From an uncultured Chloroflexia bacterium (lineage in GTDB: Bacteria; Chloroflexota; Chloroflexia; Thermomicrobiales; UBA6265), in NCBI GenBank assembly GCA_963724295.1, contig CAVRUC010000005.1:64001-128000 (forward strand): DNA of 64,000 nucleotides. Reading direction: 5' to 3'. Below are positions 31,603 to 40,157 of the stretch, in pieces. The first letter of the stretch is position 1, and each line of letters begins with the position of its first letter. The notes under the pieces are model-generated. The model ran no database searches and was not told where the DNA came from. It saw nothing but the letters and a program-made list of their open reading frames with translations. A program made the position numbers and the translations under genes.

Positions 31603-32409
31603 CTAAGGGCAATGACTTCCGAACTCACGATATTTCGGCGGGTCAATCTCGTGGTACTCGCGGCACAGGGCGACGAGTCGCTCCAGCAGGACCAGGAATA
31701 GCCGCTCTCCCTTGGCCGCGGATGCCGCAAATGGATCACCCATGACTCCGTGCGCCATCTCGCGGCGGCGCTCTGGAAACTTCGCGTAGCGCCCGATCTC
31801 GGGTCCGAACTTGAGGCGCCAGTCGTCCTTGATGGCGCGCGACATGTCGATCAGGTCCGGCCGTAGATAAAGCTGCAGGCTCGTTTCCCACTCACCCCCA
31901 TGCCCAATGCTGCCATTGTCGGCATCGCTCCAGGCCTGCAGCTCATCCGACGCCATGTTCCAGTACGTCAGCGCGACTGGCCAGACATCCTCCTCCGCGA
32001 GCTTCACGGCCGCCGCCCAGGTCGGCTGCTCGTTGCCCCCGTGCCCGTTGAGCAGTACCAGGCGGCGAAAACCGTTTGCCCAGACCGAGCGGGAGACATC
32101 GCACAGCACGGCGATGAAGGTCTCCAGAGAGAGGCTGATTGTCCCGACCTCCCCCATGTTGTAGTGCGTGAATCCCAGGCTGATCGGCGGCGCGACGATG
32201 ACGGGAAATTCCTCGATCGCCGCCGCGGCTCGAATCGCCAGGTGGTACGGAATGCTGATGTCGACGTCCTGCGGGCAGTGGGGGCCATGTTGCTCGATCG
32301 ACCCAACCGGAACGATCACGACCGGGTTCTGCGCTAGTGCCGCCAGCAATTCATGGCGGAGCAGCTCCTGCCAGAGGACGTTCTTTCCGCTTGTCGGTCG
32401 TACGAGCAT
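31603..32409 (-). CDS. Creatininase/amidohydrolase family protein
   Basis: PVGSIEQHGPH..D, NGHGGN, HGGEWETS. Confidence 0.92.
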   Translation of the reverse strand: MLVRPTSGKNVLWQELLRHELLAALAQNPVVIVPVGSIEQHGPHCPQDVDISIPYHLAIRAAAAIEEFPVIVAPPISLGFTHYNMGEVGTISLSLETFIAVLCDVSRSVWANGFRRLVLLNGHGGNEQPTWAAAVKLAEEDVWPVALTYWNMASDELQAWSDADNGSIGHGGEWETSLQLYLRPDLIDMSRAIKDDWRLKFGPEIGRYAKFPERRREMAHGVMGDPFAASAAKGERLFLVLLERLVALCREYHEIDPPKYREFGSHCP

Positions 32410-32548
32410 CGTGGCGCGCCTCTTTCGTCTGCCGAAATCGAACTCGGGTCAGGACGGGGATTATCGTCATTGCCGCCAGTTCCGACTCGGGTAGACTGGC
32501 AACGCCTCCGTCATCCGGCGGATGGCGACGCGGTAACACAGGCAATCG

Positions 32549-33235
32549 ATGATGAGCGCACCCGCACCGCGCCAGGTTGATCGGGCAATCCTGAGCATTG
32601 ACACGTCGAGTGGCCAGGGCGGGGTTGCCCTCTACGACGGTCTGATGCTTTCGACTCGATCCTGGCCGGCCGATCGTTCACACACAACGACCTTGCTCGC
32701 CGAGGTCCACCACCTGCTCGACAGAGCCGAGATCAGCGTGCGAGAGCTCGCCGCCGTGGCGGTTGCGACCGGACCGGGGACGTTCACGGGGCTGCGCGTC
32801 GGGTTCGGCGTCGCCAAGGGATTTCACCTGGCGAGCGGCGTGCCACTGATCGGCGTGCCGACACTCGAGGCGTCCGCGCTTGCGTTCGCCAACTGCGGGA
32901 CTCCCGTCGTCGCGGTCGTCGGCGCCGGCAGGGGTCGGGTCGTGTGGGCCTGGTATGAATCCAGCACCGCGGGTCTCACCCAATCGCATGCGCCGCGGAA
33001 TGGGACACTCAGTGAGTTGGTTGCCGAGTTGAACGGCTCGGGCCCGCTGCTCGTCACTGGCGAGGTCGATGAGGATCAGGCCGAGCTTATCGATTCGATC
33101 GACGGGGTCTCGATCCCACCCCTTGCTCTCCGCATGCGTCACCCCGGTGCTATTGCCGAGCTTGCCTGGAGGCGTTGGCGGGCTGGGCACGTCGATGATG
33201 CCAGCGCGATCGAGCCGGTTTACCTCTCTCGCTGA
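32549..33235 (+). CDS. tsaB: tRNA t6A37 biosynthesis protein TsaB
   Basis: LSIDTS, GPGTFTGLRVG, EPVYL. Confidence 0.95.
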   Translation: MMSAPAPRQVDRAILSIDTSSGQGGVALYDGLMLSTRSWPADRSHTTTLLAEVHHLLDRAEISVRELAAVAVATGPGTFTGLRVGFGVAKGFHLASGVPLIGVPTLEASALAFANCGTPVVAVVGAGRGRVVWAWYESSTAGLTQSHAPRNGTLSELVAELNGSGPLLVTGEVDEDQAELIDSIDGVSIPPLALRMRHPGAIAELAWRRWRAGHVDDASAIEPVYLSR

Positions 33236-33295
33236 TCGCCTTCTGGCCGGCACTCGGTTTGCCCGGGACGCCGCGCTGATGCTACCGTGCCTGAA

Positions 33296-34074
33296 ATGAC
33301 GACCTTGCGGCGCCGCCCCGCTAGCCGCGCCGGCGCGAATGTGGGCGAGCCGGTGTACCGCCTCGACATCATGACCCAGGCCGACGTGCCTGACGTGAGC
33401 CGGGTTGAGAGACGCTGCTTCGCCAACCCCTGGCCGGCCTCCGCATACCGGCGAGAGCTTCAGAATCCCGCCCAGAACCACTACGTTGTCCTTCGCGAGC
33501 AGCTCGCGAGCTCCCTGCCCGTTCAGAAACGGAGATCGGGCAGAACGACGGAGACACTCCCGGTGAAGCAGCGCCGCTCCGCGGACCCGTGCCCCGGCGC
33601 TCCCTGCTGCCAATCGGACGCGGCCGGCAATCGGAGGGCAATGTGCGAGAGCCATCCGCGATCATCGGATTCGCCGGGATGTGGCTGGCATTCGATGAGG
33701 CGCACATAACGACGATCGGCGTCGACCCCGCCCAGAGAGGTCGTGGTCTTGGCGAGCTTCTGCTGCTCTGCATGTTTGATGAAGCGGTCAAGCGCGGCGC
33801 CAACTGGTTGACGCTCGAGGTGCGGGTGACAAATGCCGCGGCGCAAGCGCTGTACCGGAAGTACGGCTTCACCACTCATGGCACCCGCAAGCGCTATTAC
33901 AGCGACAACAACGAAGATGCGCTGATCATGTGGTCTCCTGCGCTTGGCGAAGCGGAGTATCGCGCGGAGGTCGAATCCCGGCGCGCCGCGCTCGCGCGGC
34001 GACTTGGCAATCGCCTGGCCCCGGGTAGTCTGACCCCGTTTCTGGACCCGGCAAGCCGAGCCGGCACGACATGA
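33296..34074 (+). CDS. rimI: Ribosomal-protein-alanine N-acetyltransferase (1-bp frameshift ~33513-33590)
   Basis: N-half VERRCFANPW in one frame; C-half AHITTIGV..RGRGLG..TLEVRVTN..YYSDNNEDALIM in another; lies between tsaB and tsaD. Confidence 0.88.
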
Positions 34075-34111
34075 TGGGCGCGCATTCCCTCCCATCCGAG
34101 GGGCAAGCTTC

Positions 34112-35221
34112 GTGATCGTGCTTGGCATCGAGACATCGTGCGATGAGACGTCAGCGGCGGTGGTTTCAGGAGGACGCCGGGTTCTATCCTCGGTCGTATC
34201 CTCGCAATTCGACCTCCATGAGTGCCATGGCGGCGTGGTTCCCGAGCTGGCGGCGAGACGCCATGTGACGGCCATCATCCCGGTGGTCGAGCAGGCGCTA
34301 CGGGAAGCAGGGGTCGATCGCGATGATCTCGACGCCATAGCCGTTACCCAGGGACCGGGGCTCGCTGGAGCGCTGGTCGTCGGCATGAACACGGCCAAGG
34401 GGATGGCGTACGCGCTCGGCCGTCCACTCGTGGCGGTCAACCACCTCGAGGCGCATATCTATGCGAACTGGCTCTGTGACGCACCCGATCTGCCAGAGGA
34501 ACCAGTCTTTCCCATCCTCTGTCTGCTGGTGTCCGGCGGCCACACGGAACTGATCTTGATGACTGGCCACGGCCGCTTCCGCCATCTCGGCCGGACGCTG
34601 GACGATGCCGCTGGTGAGGCATTTGACAAGGGCGCCCGCTTGCTCGGTCTCGGCTTTCCAGGCGGTCCCGCCATCGAGGAGGCCGCTCGTGATGGTGATC
34701 CGCGCACTTTTGAGCTCCCCCGTGCCTGGTTGAGCGGCACGCACGATTTCAGCTTCTCCGGTCTGAAGACGGCACTCCTCCGGCTGACCGAGCCGATGCG
34801 CGTGCCTGAGAGTGACACTCACTCGGAGACAACCTCCGCGACCAGCCCTACCGGGCCGTTTCGGGCTCACCAGGCGCCGGTCTACGCGACGAACTCTCCA
34901 ATTGCCGATCTTGCCGCTGGCTTCCAGCAAGCAATCGTCGAGCCGCTGGCAGTCAAGACTGCCCGGGCCGCGGCCGAGTTCGGCGCTCGCACAGTCGTTC
35001 TCGCCGGTGGGGTCGCGGCCAACTCGCTGCTCCGGGAGCGGCTTAGCCGTGAAGTCCTGGAGCTCTGCGGACCGGATGTGCCGGTCGCCTACCCGGCGTT
35101 CGCCTATTGCACCGACAATGCGGCGATGGTCGCGGGAGCGGCAGCCTGGATCATTCGTCGCGGCGACCTCGTCGGCTGGGAAGCCGATGTCCATCCGCGA
35201 CTGCCACTCATGCGACGTTAG
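34112..35221 (+). CDS. tsaD: tRNA N6-adenosine threonylcarbamoyltransferase
   Basis: LGIETSCDET, HLEAH, SGGHT, DDAAGEAFDK, FSFSGLKT, CTDNAAM. Confidence 0.97.
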   Translation: MIVLGIETSCDETSAAVVSGGRRVLSSVVSSQFDLHECHGGVVPELAARRHVTAIIPVVEQALREAGVDRDDLDAIAVTQGPGLAGALVVGMNTAKGMAYALGRPLVAVNHLEAHIYANWLCDAPDLPEEPVFPILCLLVSGGHTELILMTGHGRFRHLGRTLDDAAGEAFDKGARLLGLGFPGGPAIEEAARDGDPRTFELPRAWLSGTHDFSFSGLKTALLRLTEPMRVPESDTHSETTSATSPTGPFRAHQAPVYATNSPIADLAAGFQQAIVEPLAVKTARAAAEFGARTVVLAGGVAANSLLRERLSREVLELCGPDVPVAYPAFAYCTDNAAMVAGAAAWIIRRGDLVGWEADVHPRLPLMRR

Positions 35222-35377
35222 AGCCACAACGCACGCCAGTGTCATCCCGTGGCACGTGAATCTCGTCGCGGTCCACATGGGTCGCGGCGAGCACCAGACT
35301 CCTCCGACTAGCAGTCCATGGGTAGGACTCGAAGCTCGAGATGTGCTGTCGTCAAAACGTGAAAGGCCCGGTTTCGC

Positions 35378-36194
35378 ATGGTGGACCACGTCCTGGAAGA
35401 ATATGCGCGTGAGGCGGCGCAAATCGCTCGCGACGCGGGCGAGATCTTGCGTGAGTCGCTTCGGTCAGCCGCACGAGGTGCGGTACAAGGGCACGATCGA
35501 TCTCGTTACCGAAGCCGACCAGGCAGCGGAGGATCTCATCGCGGACCGACTTCGTACCGTCTGTCCCGAACATGATCTCCTCTGCGAAGAAGGCAGCGTG
35601 GGTGCAACATCAGGCGGGACGTACTGCTGGGTCGTCGATCCACTCGACGGTACGACCAACTTCGCTCATGGGTTGCCGACCTTCGCCGTCTCCATTGCCC
35701 TCGAAGATGCGGGAGTTCCGGTCGTCGGCGTCGTCTACGACCCAATGCGAGATGAGCTGTTCGTCGCCCGCAAAGGCGGCGGCACTACTCTTAACGGCAC
35801 GCCAATCGTCATTTCCGCCGTCGACGAACTCATTGCATCGATCCTCGTAACCGGCTTTTCGTACGACTTCGCGCGCCGCGTGCAGCAGGCCGACGTCTGG
35901 CGCGACTTCCTGACTCGCGTGCAGGCCATCCGGCAGACGGGTTCCGCCGCTCTGAATCTCTGCTACATCGCCGCCGGTCGGCTCGATGGATATTGGGAAC
36001 GGGGCATCTCCCCATGGGATGTCTCCGCCGGGGCCCTGATCGTGACCGAGGCCGGGGGTACGGTGACGGACATGCGCGGCGGGCCGTTTCGTTCTAGCGA
36101 CCGCGAGATCCTCGCCTCGAACGGCAGATTGCACGGGAAATTGCTCGATGTGATCGCCGCGCACGAGGTAGCCATCGAGCGTAGCCAGAACTAA
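35378..36194 (+). CDS. suhB: Inositol monophosphatase family protein (1-bp frameshift ~35456)
   Basis: MVDHVLEEYAREAAQIARDAGEIL joins KGTIDLVTEAD, CEE, WVVDPLDGTTNF, PWDVSAG in another frame. Confidence 0.85.
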
Positions 36195-36315
36195 GGTCGC
36201 CGACCCATTGCCAGGGCGAACCCATCGGCTATCATGGCGCCACCCATGCGGCACGGCGATGCCTCCATGGAGCGACGCGTTGCTTTCGCGCGCCGGCTTC
36301 GTCAGGAGGGGACCA

Positions 36316-36645
36316 ATGAAGCTCGTAATCGCCATTGTCCAGGACGAAGATACGCCCGCGTTGACCGACGCGCTCGTCGCGGCCGAGCATCGCTTTACGA
36401 AGGTCAGCACGACCGGTTCCTTCTTGCGCACCGGCAACACCAGTCTCCTGATTGGGGTCGAAGACAACCAGGTGCAGGCCGTGCTCGGGATCTTGCGACG
36501 TACATGCCGCCGCCGCACGCAGGTTGCCGTGCCGTACTCGCCCGCGTTGGAGCCAGGATTGCTCTATATGCCGGAAAACTTTGAAGTCGAGGTTGGCGGC
36601 GCCGTTGTGTTCGTGATCGACGTCGCTCAGTTCGAACGTCTCTGA
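36316..36645 (+). CDS. Cyclic-di-AMP receptor, PII-like (PstA/DarA/YaaQ family)
   Basis: MKLVIAIVQDED, TKVSTTGSFLRTGNTSLLIGVED, VEVGGAVVFV; AGGAGG RBS. Confidence 0.92.
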   Translation: MKLVIAIVQDEDTPALTDALVAAEHRFTKVSTTGSFLRTGNTSLLIGVEDNQVQAVLGILRRTCRRRTQVAVPYSPALEPGLLYMPENFEVEVGGAVVFVIDVAQFERL

Positions 36646-36699
36646 TCAACGACGACCTTCGACCCTTCGCCTCCGTCGATCGCGAGGCGCGTCCGCCGT

Positions 36700-37911
36700 G
36701 TGCAAATGAAAGGACCAGAGTCGATGACGGGCGCTTCCCCGGCCGATCGCGTAAGCAGGGATGAGATCGTGGCGCTCGCCAGCCGCCTCATCTCCATCCC
36801 CAGCACCAGCGGCGAAGAACGCGCGGTCATGGAAGAAGTCGTCCGCTGGTGTGCGTCCGCTGACCTGACGTTCGAGGTGATCGCCTCAGACCATGACCGT
36901 CCCAATGTGATCATCACGCTCGGTGATCCGGCGGCTGGTCCGACCATCGTCATGAACGGCCACCTCGACACCGTTCCAGTGTCGGATCTCGTCGCGTGGA
37001 GGACGGGCCCATACGATCCGACCGTTTCCGACGACGGGAAGAAACTCATTGGTCGCGGAGCGTCCGACATGAAGAGCTCGGTCGCGGTGATGCTTCATGT
37101 CATGGATGTTTTGAAGGACGTGCCGCTGCAGGGCTGCCTGCAGGCGCATATCGTCAGCGACGAAGAGACCGGCGGCGCCCTCGGCACAACGTTTTTGATC
37201 GAGGAGATCGCAGCCGGGCGCCTGCCCCGACCCGATTTCTGCCTCATCGGTGAAAAAAGCGATCTCAAGGTCAGGAATGCTGAACGCGGGCTCCTCGCTG
37301 TCGACGTGACATGTCTGGGGCGCGCGTCACACACCGCGGCGGCACGAGTCACGGGAGTCAATGCCATCGCCAAAGCGTCCAAAGCCATACTCGCGCTCGA
37401 AAAGGACATTGATCGCTTCCATCCCGCCGTTGGGAAGCCGGTAATCAGCGTCAACACGATCCAGGCAGGTGTTGCCCACAACGTGGTTCCGGGAGAATGC
37501 ACCTTCTCGATAGACCGGCGTCTCATTCCCGGTGAGACGCGGGAGTCCGTTGTAGGCGAGATCACGGCAACGCTCGATGGCATCGCCAGCGAGGACCCGA
37601 CGTTCCGCTATGAGCTCGATATCGACCCGCGCAAGGACCACATCCCCGCGAATATCACCGAGGATACGTCGCCGCTGGTGCAGTCGTTGCAAGCCAGTGT
37701 CACGACAGTGACGGGACAGGAGCCCGAATATTTCGTCGCCTGGGCGGGCGCCACGGACGGACGATTCTATCGCCAGGCGGGAATCGACACTGTCGGCTAT
37801 GGACCCGGTGGCGAGAACGCTCACGGCGCTAACGAGGCGGTCCAGATCGACGATCTGGTTACCCAGGCAAAGGTTTATGTCGAAACAATTACTCGCTTGC
37901 TCTGCGCCTGA
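36700..37911 (+). CDS. M20 family metallopeptidase/deacylase (ArgE/DapE-like)
   Basis: GHLDTV, GRGASDMK, DEETGG, GE, AHGANE. Confidence 0.92.
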   Translation: MQMKGPESMTGASPADRVSRDEIVALASRLISIPSTSGEERAVMEEVVRWCASADLTFEVIASDHDRPNVIITLGDPAAGPTIVMNGHLDTVPVSDLVAWRTGPYDPTVSDDGKKLIGRGASDMKSSVAVMLHVMDVLKDVPLQGCLQAHIVSDEETGGALGTTFLIEEIAAGRLPRPDFCLIGEKSDLKVRNAERGLLAVDVTCLGRASHTAAARVTGVNAIAKASKAILALEKDIDRFHPAVGKPVISVNTIQAGVAHNVVPGECTFSIDRRLIPGETRESVVGEITATLDGIASEDPTFRYELDIDPRKDHIPANITEDTSPLVQSLQASVTTVTGQEPEYFVAWAGATDGRFYRQAGIDTVGYGPGGENAHGANEAVQIDDLVTQAKVYVETITRLLCA

Positions 37912-37960
37912 TGCGGTCGTCTCCCCACGTCACGCCGATGGCGGTGCGTGCGCCCTCGAT

Positions 37961-39947
37961 TCACGATTTCGACGGCCTCATGAGATAGCGATCGAACCAC
38001 TCGATGATCCGGTGCATCAGGTCGACCTGATGGGCGCGTTCCTCGATGCCGTGCTTCTCACGTGGGTAGCGAACGAAGCGGACTGGCACACCCAGAGTCT
38101 TCAACGCGCGGAAGTACTCCATGCCTTGAGCGGGATGGACGCGCGCGTCTTCCTCCCCATGCAGGATCAACGTGGGCGTCCGGACCGCCGCCACGTAGCG
38201 TATTGGTGATGATTTCCAGTACTCCTTCATGTGGTGATACGGCTGACCAGGATAGTAGAGGAGGTTCGCGGACGGGATATCACCCTGCCCGTGGTCCGAA
38301 ACCATATTCGCGAGACCGGCGCCCATCACCGCCGCGCGAAAGATCGACGTCTGGGTGATAGTCCACGCCGTGAGGTACCCGCCCCAACTCCAACCGGCAA
38401 TCCCGAGCCGATCCGGATCGGCGATACCTCTGTCCACCATGGCCAAAGCACCTGCCACGAGATCGCGCGATTCACCACCACCGACGTCGTCCTGGAGGAG
38501 CCGCTGCAGCTCTGGTCCGTAGCCGGTGCTCCCTCTCGGGTTGGGCATCAGGACGGCGTAGCCTCGGCTGGCCAGCATTTGCGCCCAGTCGTGCCAGTCG
38601 AGCATCACGCGCTCTTCCCATTGCCAGGAAGGCCCACCGTGCACCTCAACCACGAGTGGATAGCGCGTGCCCGGCTGATAGCCTGCCGGGTATGTCAACA
38701 GGCCCTCGATTTCCACGCCGTCGTCACTTGTCCAGCACACATGCTCAGCCGGTTGCATGCGCCCTCGAAAGTCCTCGCCAAGCGAGGTCACGGGGTGGGC
38801 TTCACCCCCTGCGTCGCCGAGCCAGACCTCTTCGGGGGTCGTCGCATCGCTCCAGATTGCCGCCAGGCGACGTCCGCTCTCAGAGATCGATGCTGAACCC
38901 GAGACGCTGCCATGACCGGCAATTGCGGACGGCAAAATCGGGCTCACGCTCCCGTTCAGGAGATCGACCTTGTAGAGCCGCCCGTGCGTCCTTTCGATAA
39001 TTCGCGCCACCACATGTCCACACGAACCGGAATCAGGAAGTAGCTCCTCCACGTTTCCGGCAAGATCGGGCAGAGCGTCTACTGGCTCTCCACCGGACAG
39101 GGCAACAGTCCAGATAGAGTCTTGAGGCTGATCGCGGTGCCCGTTGGCGCGAACCGCGACGATTGGCCCGTCGTTGGTCTCGACGACGACAGGAGATGAT
39201 GGAGTGGTTTGGAACCGTGCGACATGCCGCGGCAGCGCGCCCTGCGACTGAAATTTGCCACAGGTCGCCGGATCCCAGCGTGGCGTCGTACTCAGGGGCG
39301 TCGGTGGAAATGGCAACCAGGGTCAAGCTGTCAGGTGCCCAGGCGGAGCTTCGCACCTCCCTCTCGCCGGAGGTGAGGCAGCGAGCCCGCTTGGTCTCAA
39401 CGTCCACAACCCACAGGCGCGTAAACCGAGAGTCTTCTTCGACGACGACCGCGTCGTCTCGCTCCTTTTTTCGTGCGGCAACTGCTTCAGGTTCGGGATC
39501 CTTGCGCAAGACGGCTACCCACCGGCCGTCGGGCGACCATTCAGGTTGCGATAGTTCGCCACCGAGTTCGCCCAGCGGCACGGCTTCCCCACCCGAAACG
39601 GAAAGCACGAACAGCCGATAGTCGTCGCCGCCTGGTTTGAGACGATCTGAGCGGAAGAGAATTCGCGAGCCATCGGGTGACCAGCGGGGATCGCAGTCAT
39701 CGGCATTACCAGCAGTGAACTGGCGGGCAGGCAGTCCTTCTCCGGCGATCCAGAGCGAGCGCGTTCGTTTCTCGCCAGCTTTGCCCCCCGCCGACACCAC
39801 GAAGACCACGCGTGATCCGTCCGGCGATATGCGCGGGTCGGCTGGCGTCAGTCGATCCGCGATCTCCTCGGGCGTCAGCGGCGAGTGCCGACTCTGGTCG
39901 GCCGAAGCAGTTACCAGCACCTCGTTTTTTGACGTCGTTGCGGTCAA
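37961..39947 (-). CDS. S9 family peptidase (acylaminoacyl/dipeptidyl-peptidase-like; 1-bp frameshift ~39240)
   Basis: N-terminal WSPDG propeller in ORF 39033..39947; HGGP, GWSWGG, EDARV, EKHG triad in ORF 37961..39316; AGGAGG RBS. Confidence 0.9.
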
Positions 39948-39972
39948 TCGATCCTCCTGGGACAGTCAGTCT

Positions 39973-40100
39973 GCACCCCAGTTGCGAAACTGGGGTGCCT
40001 TGGCGACTCGAGCCGTGGTTAACGTCGATGGTAGCCGCCTGCGAACAGCACGCCAACGCCCGGCGTTCAGCGCGCAGGCGGGACGGGCCGGTTACCACGG
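39973..40100. other. Structured intergenic element (perfect 11-bp hairpin plus long nested stem)
   Basis: GCACCCCAGTT-GCGA-AACTGGGGTGC; CCGTGG..AAC/GTTACCACGG enclosing CCGCCTGCG/CGCAGGCGG. Confidence 0.45.
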
Positions 40101-40157
40101 AGCCACATAGAATGTCTCTGGAATTCATGGGTGCCAGCGAGGACGAGGACAGCAGCC

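Noticed and set aside
31603..32409. Mycofactocin peptidase MftE
   Set aside because: No mftA/B/C genes nearby; only family-level creatininase motifs.
34812..35377. Long N-terminal extension of the inositol monophosphatase ORF
   Set aside because: It overlaps tsaD out of frame; the real N-terminus is at 35378 in another frame.
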